Shown here: positions 1-14,448 of the stretch, piece after piece
How the letters are laid out: every line of letters begins with the position of its first letter
Position numbering within the stretch: the first letter of the stretch is position 1
Source of the DNA: Botryllus schlosseri
Lineage: Eukaryota
DNA: 64,000 bases
Direction: 5' to 3'
NCBI GenBank assembly: GCA_051294905.1
Contig: CM119377.1
Span: 9,860,001 to 9,924,000 of the forward strand
The notes under the pieces: generated by a model
Told to the model about the DNA's origin: nothing
Seen by the model: only the letters and a program-made list of their open reading frames with translations
Databases searched by the model: none
Made by a program: the position numbers and the translations under genes

Positions 1-1112
1 AAGCATGAAATTACGCTTATACATCAGGACAATGTGGCTGATAGGCACAATTAAGTGTCGAGCACGAACTCGCCAAAGCATTCATTTGTGTACTGCGGTT
101 TCGTCGGGATATCGTACGAACTGTGCCAAATTGTGCCGATGTAGTATATAAGTACGGATGGTAATCCCATATCCATTTCGAAACTGAAATGTGTATTTTC
201 GATGGGCCCACCGCGTAGTTCTAGAGATTATCTCGATACGAAGCATTACCAAGGACAGTTACACATACTTCTAAATATGGTAATGCCGGATTTTTTATTT
301 CTACTTGAATAATTTTGGTTAACAACCGGAACAATATGAGATTATAGAGAGAAATTGGCGCATACTAATATTATATAGGTATGCAATGCATGTAAGCCTA
401 TACACAGACACTCAAAATTATATGGTATAGGTAGGCTAATCCTTATTGAATATCACTATACTATACAATGATCTTATCCGCTCTATCGCTGTAATATATG
501 GAATATTTTAGAAACACATCAATCGTGGATCACTCTTCTCGTACACTCATTGAAGTCCATTCAAGACTTTTTAACTAGAGCGTGGTATGTGCGGGTTAAA
601 ATCCACCAGTACCATATTCACAAATTCATAAGGCCGCCTCCTGTATCATTGTGAACTAAGAGCATGTTTTTGAAAATGTGTTTTCTTTGTTGGAGTTATT
701 ATCCGGGACTTTTCACACTTGGCATGATGAGAAATGAAACACACGATATAGTGTGAACATCCATCTATACGTCATTCTTTCGATACTCGTTTAAGTAGCG
801 TGTTAGGAAATGTATTTAACTGTCATTATAGACATTGCGCCGACCGAATGGTAAATTACGTACATATCATTATCCTGACTTAAAACTAATAGCTAGTGAA
901 ATGCTGCATAATGAAGATCTACCGGATCACAGAAATACGAATGACTAAGGCCTCGCGACAAGTTGCATTAGGACGGAGCAAATAAGTACGAAATAGTTTT
1001 ATCATAAGACGGTTCAGCACCAGGGCGTGATCTGATTGCACGACATTTAGCCTGGTTAGAATTTAGGAAAGTTATTTGCGGATCGAAACAGTTTTACGAG
1101 TCTTACAATTAC

Positions 1113-1239
1113 AAGAAGCCCAGAAGTGGGCCGTGCTACAAGTCGGCAGATACGGAATCAAAAATAAACAATATCGGCCTGGTGTAAATAGCCATAGTCG
1201 ACAGACACCATGAATACTACAAACAACAACAACAACAAC
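1113..1239 (+). mobile_element. 3' fragment of tRNA-derived SINE with (CAA)n tail
   Basis: Matches the 3' body of the SINE at 21600 (AGAAGTGGGCCGTGCTA...CACCATGAATAC). Confidence 0.75.
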
Positions 1240-3899
1240 CTGTAAGGCATTCCAATCAGTCTGTGAGTGCACTGGAAATTGGGAAATTTAAATATCAATA
1301 TCCATTAAATGGGTGGATCTACAAAAGCAATATTGTAGCGCCGCCAATTGTTTCTTTTCCTTGGTGCAAATAAAGACAATACAGACAAACAGTCTCGTCT
1401 TAGTCATCTATCTTGAAACTTGTTTATCAAGTCGGTATCGTTGTTTTTATGTCTTCTGTAACGCTCAAAGCTCTTTTAGAGATTGGTGAAGGCAAATTTC
1501 ATTTTTGGCGGTTCTAGTAGGTAATTCGACTAAATTGTTGTTTCTGAAGCATTCTGGAATTGATCGATACAACGATGTTTAGCAAAATAGTGGGATATGA
1601 TAAAGATTATCAATTGAGGGGTAACGTATTGTAGTTGACTCTGTCAACGTGAATTGGACTTTAGCGTATTATTAGGACTATCATGTGTGGCCAACATACA
1701 TTGTATCTTACATCTTGTAACTAGTCAAAGCCAGTATCGTTTTTGTGTATTGCGCAAGTTTTAGAAAGATATATCTGCCTTTTTCGTACCGCGACTATTT
1801 CGCGATCCGTATCCCTATTGGCCAGACTTCACAACCTCTGTTACGTAAAACTAAAGTTCTACATTGATATCGCTGCCCTTTTAGTGTCGCGAGTATTTCG
1901 TGATACTTCGTGATCCGTATTCCTATTGACTAAATACTGCATGACGTTTCCCGCAATTCGTTTCCCTCATTGGCTAAAAGTTGCAACCATTGTTTCGTAC
2001 TACTGTAGTATAGACTTGATCATTTGATCACGTAATGTCAGACTCATTTTAACCGCTACTAGGACGGACGTCTTTACTTGTCGTTCCACGTATTTCTACG
2101 CAAATACATACGTGTCAGACGACTGCTGTGATTTGAAGAGCTTGCAACAGTACCGGTACAGGACAACCTAGGACCACACTACTGCTGCAGTATAGATAAT
2201 CGGAGGGCGTCAAAGTAGCAATCAATGCTAATCAAATAGAAATAGAAGTAATGGGGTAAATTTCTACTTAATTACACGCAGAGATAGTGATTTAAAAGTA
2301 TAGAAATATCAATTTCAAATACATGCCAAATTTACTTCAAGTATAGGCGTAGAAAATGAATATGTAAAGGTACTCAACAAGTTTCAAAAGTAGATTTAGT
2401 TGATGGATCGCATCTTTTAGCAGTCAATAAATGAATGGGAAGTGACCGCTCTGGAAATTACAGGGAGTATATTCGCCACTAACGCAAAAACAACAACGAC
2501 ACTATATAGCAATAGGTTCAACCTTCGAAAGTATATTCACTCCGTGATACCGGGGTTCTTTCATCCCGTTGTCACGACAGTTTCACAGTTTACGTCATGA
2601 AAGCATATCCCGAAATTACTTTCTACTTTACCAAAGAGAAGTAGAAGTAGACGTATAGTCTAAAAAAATAAATACTGGAGGGAGTAGCATAAGAAGGCAC
2701 AGCGTACCAGAGTACTGACCATTGACCATCTCCTCTCATAATTTTTCGGCAGTGGTGTTAAAACTAGCTGAGTAAAAGAACGGAAGCACTGCAATTGGCT
2801 GTAATTAATTTTAATTGTTTTATGTGGGCATTGTGATCTATTCATGGCTTATATGATTGTTTATTTATTTCCTTCCCGTATGCCGGATATCGGGGTTTAA
2901 ATCAGGATCGAAAATATATTTATAATGAGTTAATACTATAATATAAATATGTAGTTTGTGCTTGCATGTAGCATGCAGTTTTATGTAGGCTTCTCGCAAT
3001 TTATGGTATCATATGGGTCGAAAGAGGCGATTCTGTTAATGTTTGTCGTCGTCCACCATTTATTGCGATAAGCTAAGAGGAAAAGTACTCCACGACATAG
3101 GCCACTTCATGTTTACAAGCCAACGCGTCCAAAGTAGTTGTTCACCACAGAGAGACAACGCGTGATAAGTGGTATTTCTGCGAAGCGTCACGTGGTATAA
3201 TCGGCGGCGTTCATTAATGTTTCACTTGCTCTGCACGAAATTTTTCTTCTACACTCGAGATCTACGCTGCCATCTGCCGGATGTGCGATATGAAACATGA
3301 CTTTTTCGTTCTGCGAGATATCTGGTCATCTTCAATTATCACGTTTCTAATTCGCGACGGCGATACCCACCGATACGTGCAGTACATACTGCTAAAATAT
3401 AATTTAAAAAAGCTGAAAACCGCGCCGATAGCCCACGGCAATAATTATGTAATCCAAAAAATTTACTCAAGTAAACAAACTGTGTTTCCATGGTTGGCAA
3501 AGGCTATTTCAATATTTTGACTCTTGATGGAAAGCTCCAAAGTAAATCGGAGAAAACATAAGCGGCTTAACGTATTTTCTTGCACTAAAATTTACGGGCT
3601 GTTACCGAGTGTTTTAATTCTAATCCAAAACTTGGAAGACAAGGAAAACGCTTGTTCGCATCTCCTGAATATTCAAAGCCATGAGCGATATTGATAACCT
3701 TTGCATTTAAACGGTTATTCGGTTTGCTCAGGCAGCAGAACCGTTCTATTATAACTATATCATTTTCACTCGGCTTTTCGGTATGATATAGAGCGGCGGT
3801 TCTTATACATTTTAAGACGCCGCCTACTTGGCGGCATTTGCGCCCCCAATCGTCAAATCATAAACGTTAAAAGGGACAGCGGGGATGTTTGCAATGCAC

Positions 3900-4841
3900 C
3901 AGTGTTAGGATGACTCGAGTCATGACTTGACTCGAGTCAGACTCAAGTCAACTTTTTCGTATGACTTGACTTGACTCGAGTCACTTTGCAAAACTGACTT
4001 GACTTGACTTGTCTTGGAGCTTCAGAAATGTGGATTGACTCGTGACTCGAAGCAAAATTTAAGAGTCAATTTCAAGTCAGCAATAAGTAATCAGTGTCGA
4101 CTAAATCACTTTATCATGGGTATATTCGGATTATTTGCAATACGCCGGTGACACTTGTGAGAGCAACCAGTCATTCAGTTATTGTACGTTTCACTGGTCC
4201 TCCATTGTTACATCACAAATATATTCGCCGCAAACGAGATGATCACGCTTACGTTTCCGTAGTAGTAAGTAGATTAATAGCAACGTATCTCGGTTTCTTA
4301 GACGGCTCAGTGCTTGCATTGCGCAGCGCTCACCTTTACCAACCCTCTTGTATGATTTAAATCGAATGAATGTAGTTTATGCATTTATATTCTCACGGAT
4401 GCGTAATGGGTAGGGTATTGTACCATATCAATTGGTGTAAACTTCTCGAGGCTTCGTATTCGATCCTCTATTTTGTCTGATAGTAGCTGGCTGTTGCATC
4501 TAACTATCCACAGCTACTCACGTGTTCTATTAGCAGCTCTGCGTGTGCGTGTGCGATGCATCGCCTTTTTGCATGTATATTTAACTTTATATTCGTTATT
4601 TGATTCAAGATAAATGGCTAATTAATGTCTTTCACACTGCTGGCAAAATGTAATGACTTTGAATCATCAGTCATACTTCGAAAATTCAATTTGACGTGAA
4701 TTGTGACTTGACTCGTCACTCGTGACTTGACTTGACTCGAATCACCTCCAAAAATCGATTGACTTGACTTGACTTGATTCAAAATCTGCAATGACTCGAG
4801 ATGACTCGCGACTCGAAGGTAGTGACTTCATCCTAGCACTG
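3900..4841. mobile_element. Non-autonomous hAT-like element with GACTC/GACTT subterminal repeats
   Basis: TIRs CAGTGTTAGGATGA / CAGTGCTAGGATGA; perfect 8-bp TSD CAATGCAC; empty site in copy B near 18980. Confidence 0.9.
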
Positions 4842-7800
4842 CAATGCACCGCATGATATCTTCATAAGAATTACTATCATTGTAGAAAATTATTTGAGTA
4901 ATAGACGTTAACGCTGTTTCTTATTCCCGTTATCATCAACGGTAAAGCGTGATTGGGTCATCAGATTGGCCACATTTGAATGTATAGGTTGTAATAGCAG
5001 AAATGCATATGTGCTGGCAAGATCTTATAGTCGCATCGACGAATGTCCCAAATTGAGTCTTCTTCAGCATTTGACGAATGTCGTGGTACGCATAGCGAGC
5101 ACAATTTACTGAGGATCCATCATTTCTCGCGTCTGTGTCGGTGGACCCCATATAAATATACGAAGGTAATTCATACGATATGGCGTAGAACAGACGTTAG
5201 GTTGACAACCGTATGCTGGTCCCAAGACTGACATTTAGGCGGGACTAATATATTGCTATTACTGCCCTAGGTGCCACTGATATTACACCAAACAGATGCA
5301 AAGGCTATTACAAAATTATAAAAAATAGCACGAAACATTAGGCCAGACGTTTGCAATACTGTCACATGCACCCTGCGACAACTTTTTGTTCGGTCCACGA
5401 AAGCCAGTAAAATCAATAAGAATTTTTGAAAATGATACACAATATATCCACTTTCTGCCTTGTCTAATTCAAACTTTCCCTCGATATATTTATTTTATCT
5501 TGTAGTAGTTTATATTTTGATGTCGGGTATAGTAATCATGATAGCATATTTTAACAAGTTGTCCTTACCAGTATACTGTAATGTGTAATCTGTTTGAAAC
5601 GGATTCGCGCGTGCTTCATTGATTCGTTCGCGACGTGTAGTTAGTTTAATTGAAACTCACCCATTCTGAGCTAACAACCTAAGAGGCGGAAACGTGAAGA
5701 TGACTGCCGTGAACCGAAAATTAGGTCCTTCTGGCGCCGCATCTAAAAGTAATATGTATGGCATGTATTGAATATGTTGCTGCATTTATCGACTGCCATA
5801 AGCAACGACGCTTTATAATGATACATGGTATAATCACAGTCAAAAATATATGACTCTCAGGTGCTAATTAAATCAGCAGGATTGGAAAATGTGTGAGCTA
5901 GCACTAAGTGACGTCTACTTTAGAAAAGAACGTGATGAAGGCATGCAGGTGTTATATCCGCCAATAAAATTTTAAAGCACTGCAAGCCATTCGTGGATGC
6001 TCAGTTAATTAAAAGTCGTTAGATTATTGCTGTCACTATTCATGGTGTCTTGAATCGGCAAATCTGTTATCGGGTCGCGATACTTAATTCTCATCAATGC
6101 GAATCTTCATTCTGTGACAAGTGTCAACAGAACGAAAACCAATTTTCATCCCTAATTTTGTAAAGTTCGTAAATGATGATGGTCAATAGATTCCAGTCTC
6201 ATTAATATTCATGACGCGTGTGGATTATGAACAAATAATTCAATGAGAATAATATTTTAGTGTACCTCTTTTTGTTATATGTACAATATATGGAATCTCC
6301 ATTTCTTCGGTCCCCGAGAATGAAATAAAAACTGTGTTTTGGGTGTTTTAGATTTATTTTTTGGCTTACAACACTGCATGTTCAGTATAGTGTGCCCCAC
6401 GTACAGATTGAAATTCTGAATGCGGCCCGCGAGCTAAAAACTTTGCCTAATATCCCAAGATTTTACGTAACTCGAACGAATTGATTTTAGGCGCTAGTCG
6501 TGTGTAGTGCTTTCGGTAAGACCGTAGATAATTGTCATTATATATTCGACGTCACTGGAATAATTATAGAGTTTTTGCAGGAGAAAACTGTTAGAATATA
6601 CATCTGATCGACAGCTAATAAATAGGTTTACCTGAGTAGAAATCAATGCGAGCAGTGTACACCGCATCGGCTCGATTTGAAGGTATATAATTGAACGTGA
6701 TACATCGGGTGCGTATGAAAGTGAAAGAAGGAGCAAACTGCTATTTTCCACAGACCAGATTGCCGCTTTTCATGTCACATTCGTCTATGACGGAAAGTGG
6801 AATTTCTAAATACAGCCAATCGATCAACCTGCTACTGGTTAATATCGCTATATAGTGATCAAGGACCACGCTTTACCAGTATTTATCAAGTAGCATATCT
6901 ATTGAAGACGTCAATATAAAATGGATGGAGCCACAGGCATCGATCACGACACTGTTAGGGTTTGAGCGTTTTCGTGAGATCATGGCAATTCCATATTCAA
7001 GACAAATCCTAATCAGAGTCCAAAGAAACCATTGATTCTAATCTGACCGTAATAGGGCTGAACCTTCGAATCCAAGTTTGATTGCATCTCCTCGTCGAAG
7101 ACCCTGGTTCAAGGTTTCGTCATACATTACATCAGGCGTTCTTTTTGAGCGCGGAGCCCTAAATTTTTGTTTTGATTCTGTTGAGATTGTTACGGCCCAA
7201 ACAGCTGTACTTAGCTAGTCGTCTTGAGTCTTCATATTGTGTTCTATCCGACTTCTGGGGGCATCCCCCCTTCTCGGACCCTTTTTTCTTCAACGCGTCA
7301 TTTCATCACTATTAACTATACATATACAATCAACAAACATGCAATCTTTCCGTAGCGAACCTAGTCCAGTGTTTCGCGATTCACGAACGAACCGCAATAT
7401 GTTACGGCCAACAAATTTTGTTCTTTTGCACATGTCCTTTTGACACTTGCATACTTTAATATCAATTTTATCCTCTCTCAGCCCATGTGATCGAGGAAAT
7501 AGGGCTCGTAATTGTACATTTTTAGACATACTCATGCTACATGGTAAAAACTATATTCGGGCGGTATTGAGGGTTTCCAGGGTCTCTTATTCACGGATTC
7601 TAAAATATGCTGCTTCTTGACATGAGTAATGAGTATATCCTCTACCTACAATGTAGATATTTCACCCTAATCGTTGGATTGACCAATCCAGGATTTATTT
7701 ACCCGGCTTCTAGCCGATTCCCCACGATTTTTACTGGCCGTTCATGGACTCCAGTTTAAGAGCCCGTGCATTACATTACCATGACCACCGACTAACATGA

Positions 7801-8497
7801 CTGCAGCTTGGGAAATGGAGTATATGTTACGCTCACAGTGGAAAATGGGTTGGGCCATGGCCTACATAGTTGACCATGATTGAGTGCATTATGGTTTAAA
7901 TATATCAAAGTTATGTAACAACCCGGCTGTCGGTGACACGACTGAGCACGATTGCACATGATGACATCCATCCTGTAGCTATAGTTTGAGTGATTACTAA
8001 AGCGGGAGAAGATTGGCCTGCTCTTGCCAACGAATACCGCGATGAGAGTCTTCTGCGAACACAGCAATCACTCACGTAACAGTACTGTGTGAATTGACAC
8101 TAAGGGGAAAACGTATCTGTGCGTGAGTAACAAGATGCTTCGAAAACGTTTTCGTTGCTTCGCGGATAATTAAAGATCGTCAGCCGCTCATAGGTGACAT
8201 GGTGATTTTGTATAGGCTTGCGGTGGACAGGAATGAAGAGCTAATGAATCGATATGAAAATGAAAGGTACGAAGTAATTTCTGAAATGAAACTGACGAAA
8301 ACCAATTACGTTCACATCCACTATCTTAATTGCACACCAGTTGTTCTTAACTTTTTGCAGTCTTGGGCCACTTTCGCACCGAATATTTCGTGACCTGCTA
8401 ATAGTTCCGCTCTAAATTGTGAAAAAGTCTGTCTCTGCTGTGCAGTAACGACAAGTAAGCATGATTATGAACCCGGTGAACTGCACATGATTTAGAT

Positions 8498-10052
8498 CAG
8501 TGGTTGTCAACCTTTTCGACCTTTCAGACGGGTAAAACTGAAAGCAAATGCTGCGGACAGGGGAGTTTTCACAAATCGAAATTCACCGAAAATGTTATTG
8601 TGACAAATGTATGCGACTCAAAAGTCTATACTTCAGTCTTCATTTAGTGCTGCCGTGCTGATAGTAGACCTGTTATGCGTGGCTCTATTGAATTCTTTGC
8701 AAGGCGAAGTCATCTTAAAAAACGCTAACTTGATTTTGGTTGTTCGGTTTCTTTAAAAGAAATGTAACTTTGCAGTTGCTAGCCGTTATTACACGGCCAT
8801 AAGTCGTTAACTTGGGCTGTCGAAAATGAATCAATATTGTTTAAAATGTCTTCTCATAGCATTCGTATATGACTGGTATTACGAGTTGCAGACTATACTT
8901 GTGAGCAGTCTCGTACAAAACGTGCAGATTTGAGACGTACACCAAGCCCAACGTAAACCATGAAGTCCATACGACACTTTGTAGAAAAACATACTGTGAC
9001 AGAATTATAAATCAATCTAAAATTTGATGTTTCATTTCTACTAGACCAGTGGTTCTCAAACTGGGGGCGTGAGAGCATCTGAAGGGGAGGAGAAGCAGCG
9101 GTCAACTGGAATTTTGTTCGCGCTCGGCGCGATTTACCACTCTATTCATACTTATTTCTCTCTATATAGTCCGAATTTCATATTTTAGAATTCTATCATC
9201 AACAGTCATAACTAGGGAAAGCTTTTGTTGCAGTCAAATTCGTGAAAAGCTGCATTTATTTTTTACAAAAGTTGCAGTAAAAAGTTGCATTTATTTTTCA
9301 CAAAGCTGCACTAAAAAGTATCATTTATTGACAAGTTCCTTGAAATTATTAGGGTATGAGATACTCCAATCGATCCGTATACAAGGTACTGTAGCAAAAC
9401 ACAATGTTGGCGACTTCAACAAAATCAACAGCCTAAAAAATTGACCTAGTGAAAATATAATTTTAGGCGGTCTAGCCTGAAAGTACGTCAAATCAGAAAT
9501 GACTTCAGATTTAAACGACAGTGAAATAATCAAGCGCTATATTTACATATAGTGCCAAATATTTCCAGTAAAAAGTTAGTTGCATGAAAAATCGAAAAAA
9601 CTTGCAAAAATTTTCATGAAAAATCGAAAAAGTTACAAGAAGAAAATAGAGAAAAGTTGCAAAAAGTTGCAATATAAGAGTCCCCCGAACAGCTTAAAAC
9701 ACCATATTACATAACTTCTGAGTATATTTAGGAAGCTGCCGGAAGGTATAAAAAAAAGTTGCAAAAGTTGCAAAAACTTGCCCTATAGTCCTAACCTTCC
9801 ATGTCATCAAATTATTTGTTGTTGTTGCTAGCATCCCGGTTGGATTTTGTGATATGACGATAAGGGGGGCGAAATTTTGCACTATCATATAGTTTGTCGT
9901 GTCTAAAACAGTTTGACAACCACTGTACTAGATAATCATACAACTTCTTGTATTTTCGAATCCAGATGTATAATTCTAATATATTTTGCGAACCAGCGGA
10001 ATGGTTGCTACAGACTGGCCTCAGTCCGCAGACCGGCGGTTGAGAACCACTG
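8498..10052. mobile_element. hAT (Charlie-type) MITE containing a nested MITE (9047-9925), which contains a further insertion (~9213-9787)
   Basis: CAGTGGTT..AACCACTG termini; TSD ATTTAGAT/GTTTAGAT; inner element TSD TACTAGAC/TACTAGAT. Confidence 0.85.
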
Positions 10053-10361
10053 GTTTAGATGACACTGGTAACAATTCATTAGTGTTGTGCGTTGGTTGTC
10101 GGCTGTATTTTACCCGAATTTGAACTCGCTAGCTGTGGGCACCCAGGCACCCCATAGTCAGAACGGAGAATTTGTCGATCCTCCGCACAATCATTCGAAT
10201 GGCCCCGAGCAGGGCTGAGGACAATGATTCGAGCGCTTAAATCTGAATCCTGTACTAAAATTTTATGCTCCTCGCCACTGAAAGTAAATTATTCAACGAG
10301 AATAATCGTTTCGATGCTATTTTCCACTGTGAAAACTTTGAAACCTTGATTGGCCGTATCG

Positions 10362-10798
10362 TAAGGTCACCATACGTTCTCCTTTACGAGGGATTTGTCC
10401 TCAATTTTCAGGAAATTGAAAATATCCTCCGATGACGCCTAAATGTGCTCCTATTTGGCAATATGTCTACTTTACAGAATTAACAGCTAGCTCACTGGAC
10501 ACTGGACAGGTTCAACCGAGAATCGAGATAAATGACGCGAAATAGGTCATTCTGACGTTCGAGCGGGGTAATTCGGGAGTCGAATCATACTGATGACTTT
10601 TTTAGTCAACACCACAAAAGTAACGTAAAAAAGCGGGTAATTTGGGAGTCGCGTCAACGTGATGACCTTTTTTTTCAGTCAACACAACAAGATTTCCAGT
10701 AAATATTTCAAAATCAGCTGATTCCATTTTCGGTAAGCAAACTTTTATGATTTTGAAAAGGTGTTCTCCGTTGCGGATTCCAAAATATGGAAACCCCA
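10362..10798. mobile_element. hAT-like MITE (TAGGGTTACCATA family)
   Basis: Imperfect TIRs, perfect TSD CCGTATCG; relatives at 25901-26248 and ~57905-58573. Confidence 0.8.
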
Positions 10799-10944
10799 CC
10801 GTATCGCAGCATACGAAACATACAGTGCAAAGCTATGAGCCTTATCGGAAATAACATTTTTTCGAAGTCATGATCATCCCACAACATTGTCACAAAGTGC
10901 AATGAAATCGGTATGGTCGAAAAAATACCGAAGCATCTTTAATG

Positions 10945-13681
10945 CAGGGTTGTAACCAAGTCACAAGGCTCCGAGTCGCATGTCAATCTCACTTTTATAG
11001 TTTTGACTGAGTCAAGTCGAGTCATTTTCAATTCAACACCGAGTAAAGTCCGAGTTCAAGTCATCGAGCAAAGGGTCGAGTCCGAGTCATGGTATTATGA
11101 CTCGAGTCCGAGTGCAAGTCACTTTTTGTAACTCTGTTTGGTGATATCAAATGGTTCGCATTTGTAATATACTAATTTCCCTCACTTTTAGCGGTTTCTG
11201 GTCGCGTTTACAAGTACCAGTACCAATGGACTGAATCCCAATAGGGGGGTTACGTTACTATTCTTCGAAATTACAATGAAATGTCGGTCTTGGTTGTCTG
11301 AGTCTCGAGTCATAGGACTTGGTCCGAGGCATGCGCAATGACTCGAGTTCAGGTCGAGTCAATACACAACTTGACTCGGGTCGAGTCGACTCATTTCCGT
11401 ATTCTGAGAAAATGACTCGAGTCAAGACGAGTCACCAGAAAATCGTGACTCGATTGGGACTCGAGTCGAGTCCAGACATGGGGTAATCGCGATTAGTAAT
11501 CGTAATCGATTACGACGATTACAGCATTTTCAAGTAATCGTAATCGCAATCGATTACATTCGAAAAAATTCCGAAGTAATCGTAATCGTAATCGACTACT
11601 TCCCATATCTAATCGATTTCTTTGCGAAAGAACGATTACTTTTTATTTGTACAAGGACTATGAAATGAACTGAATATTCGAGAACAATGAAGAGATGTTA
11701 TACCAGTTACGTGATAGCATAAACGTCTGATTTTCTAATGCCATTGCTCATTATTGCGTCAGAAGTAACCTATTAGCTTTGCTAGTCATTGCTTACGAAG
11801 TATCTACAGTATAAATAGATAGTCGATGTACGTACATTAGTGTGATTGTAAGAACGCCCGCCGTGCTGTTTATCAGCTTATTAACACGTTCCACACGCCA
11901 TGGTACCTCGCAGCAGGATAATTATTCACCACTTTGCCTAGTTTAAAATAGTAACTTGTGCATTGATGTTTGGTTATGCTTAGTTAAACGCAGTTTGAAC
12001 GTTGCTGATTGGCGAGCAGTAGGCCTATGTCGTAGGCTACGTACGTACACCGGACAAAGATTTGAAATTTTGTACTGGTCAAATAAAACGAAGCATTAAA
12101 CATCAACAGCTGCTGATATATATCATAACCGAGCCGTTTTTGCCGTTTCTCGTAACGGCAGCTTGCAGTACATTATCTGTATTAAGTTGAAGGCAGTGTT
12201 TTATGTTCTCTTCATCTTATTCTCATATGAGATATGACTCTACTGCCGACAAAGCCATGGGCTTATATATCATGTTAGCGTGGAATATAGCTAGAATCAG
12301 AACCAAAACAGCAATTCGTCCCCCAGTCCAAACGTTGGTCTCTGGCCCCCATAGGGTGGTATTTTCAAGTTGAAGACCTAATGTCGTCAATAACATTGGT
12401 GATTGCATTATGATATTATCAATAATCTTTTATCCTCTCTCTGCCTACGATGGTCAGATTTACGTCTGGTATCTTGTTGCAATTACTTCAGTGTATGTTG
12501 TTAATTCATGGCCTTCGGTCTGTTATATAATCAAAAGATATTGTTGTATCCCAAACGTAGCAGACTAAAAGAAAAAAACTTTCGTGAGACGCACACACAT
12601 ATTGTCATGTCTTTAATGCTCCGCGGGCGCCCGGGAGTGGCATTTGTATTGTGGGATCAGATTAGAAGGATCAGACTATAGTCACGTCCACCCGGCGCGG
12701 CTATTGACAATGAGCACATACCCTAAGTTTCGGCCAAGGTCTTTCTTTGGTGGCACACTTCGTGAAGTCGCGTGTTGGTCGAAACTGCATGTCTTTTGGT
12801 GTGTCGTGGCACGGCATTGACTGTAACCTAAATGCCTATTACTATAAATTAGGGTTGCTTTTAAAACAAAAATCAATTTAAAGCAAACATGTTTAAAAGG
12901 AGGCCCCTGTTTAAAGCCCTTGTTTAAAACATGCTTTTTATTGCTTCTTTTTTTAAGCAGATTGACATTGACGATTGAAAATATAGGGTAAATATAGCTC
13001 CTTTGACGAAATATCTTTATTATAACTGTTGAACCGACTATTTTGAGGGGTACGTTCCAACCCTCCTATATCGATGTATGTCGGCTAAATCGGGTGGCAA
13101 TTCTCCTTAGGCTCATTCAACATGTTTTTCGATAGCATTCACACAAATATGGCATAATTTTACAACTTGAAAAATCACAATTTTTAAGTTAGTTAAATCT
13201 CTCGAAAATACTCTATAATTTATGTTGGTTTACGAAATACTTTTTAGTTCCCTTCGAGCTTGCTCCCCCCCTATTGGGAAATTTGGGGTGCGGCAGTCAT
13301 GGACCTGGCAAGAATGCAAATCGTTGGGCGCGATAAATCGTCCACTATAAAAATGGGCGATAGCCTATGTAGATTATGACGTAACAAGCAAATGACGCAT
13401 CTTTTTAAAGGAAGTTTGTTATCTCATTAGGCCTTTTCAGCGCAATCCATATATTGTCTTCCAATGTAACTACTAAAATGCAAAATAAATGTAATCGTGA
13501 GTAATCGTGATTACTTTTCCAATGTAATCGTAATCGTAATCGACTACTTCCTGATTATGCTGTAATCGTAATCGTAATCGTAATCGCGTCATTCAGAAGT
13601 AATCGTAATCGCAATCGATTACATTCATGAAGTAATCACCCCATGTCTGGTCGAGTCATGACTCAAGTCATTACAACCCTG
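10945..13681. mobile_element. hAT-like element (GAGTC repeats) hosting nested elements
   Basis: TIR CAGGGTTGTAA; perfect TSD CTTTAATG. Confidence 0.9.
11473..13649. mobile_element. Nested hAT-like element with (GTAATC)n subterminal arrays
   Basis: TIR CAGACATGGGGT; perfect TSD GTCGAGTC; contains further fragments at ~12650-13310. Confidence 0.9.
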
Positions 13682-14051
13682 CTTTAATGTGATGGATAAC
13701 AGGCATTATATTCATTGTGGTGGCATGAAAGGTACGTCTTTGAACTCTGACATATTATATTCTGTCATGACGTCATAATGAGTGATACTTGAATACTCGC
13801 ATCGACTCGAAGCAGACATAATACGTGATGCAGAGTCGACTCAAGTATTCGATATCGCCCAGCCCTAGCCGTGTTTAACCTGCCTTAGTATATCCCACGT
13901 AAATATAAAAATCACAACACCAAGCTATTTGAGTAGGCATATAGCATAAGATATCCTAACCAATAAGCATTAATATAATACAAGATAGACGATTTCATCA
14001 ACGCAACTATTGATACGTATTGAAGTGACTCATATACAATGGACATGGACA

Positions 14052-14059
14052 TATATAAA
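14052..14059 (+). promoter_or_regulatory. Candidate TATA box, gene 1
   Basis: TATATAAA about 265 nt upstream of ATG 14318; conserved at the equivalent position in gene 2. Confidence 0.4.
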
Positions 14060-14317
14060 CTATCGACTGATTACATCTTCACATCACCACGAACAAACCG
14101 CCGCAACGAAACTGATTGATAAGTCACTAAGGCTATGACGCTTTGCTGTCTAAAATACGCAACGATGGCTCAATATAGAACTGCAAAGAAGGCATCCTCG
14201 TGCCTGGAATCTCAGATGAAATGCGCATACGGATGTACGTCGGGGTCATTCGGAGATAGACAAGGCATAGGAAGCGATATTACTGATCCAAGCGAACTAC
14301 ATAAGACTAAGAACGCT

Positions 14318-14448
14318 ATGAGGATTCTATTCGTGCCGTCAAAATATGCAATTGTTCTGCTGGTGGTCGGGGTGGTGGTATCGGACTGTGCGTCAGTTAA
14401 CACCATATTTGGAATTAAAATTCGAAAAAGATCAAGACTGATGAATGG
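14318..14448 (+). CDS. Peptide-precursor gene 1, coding exon 1 (signal peptide + pro-piece): MRILFVPSKYAIVLLVVGVVVSDCASVNTIFGIKIRKRSRLMN(G)
   Basis: ATG 14318; hydrophobic core AIVLLVVGVVV; RKR site; phase-2 donor GG|GTACGT joins in frame to 15712. Same length (131 nt) and donor as the paralog at 29359-29489. Confidence 0.75.

Noticed and set aside
8194..8266. Possible exon (also ~27562-27637)
   Set aside because: Weak donors, indels and low amino-acid conservation between copies; explained by the segmental duplication.
11473..13649. CRISPR-like or telomeric arrays (GTAATC, GACTC, AGTAGA repeats)
   Set aside because: No repeat-spacer structure; they are subterminal repeats inside TIR/TSD-bounded transposons in eukaryotic DNA.
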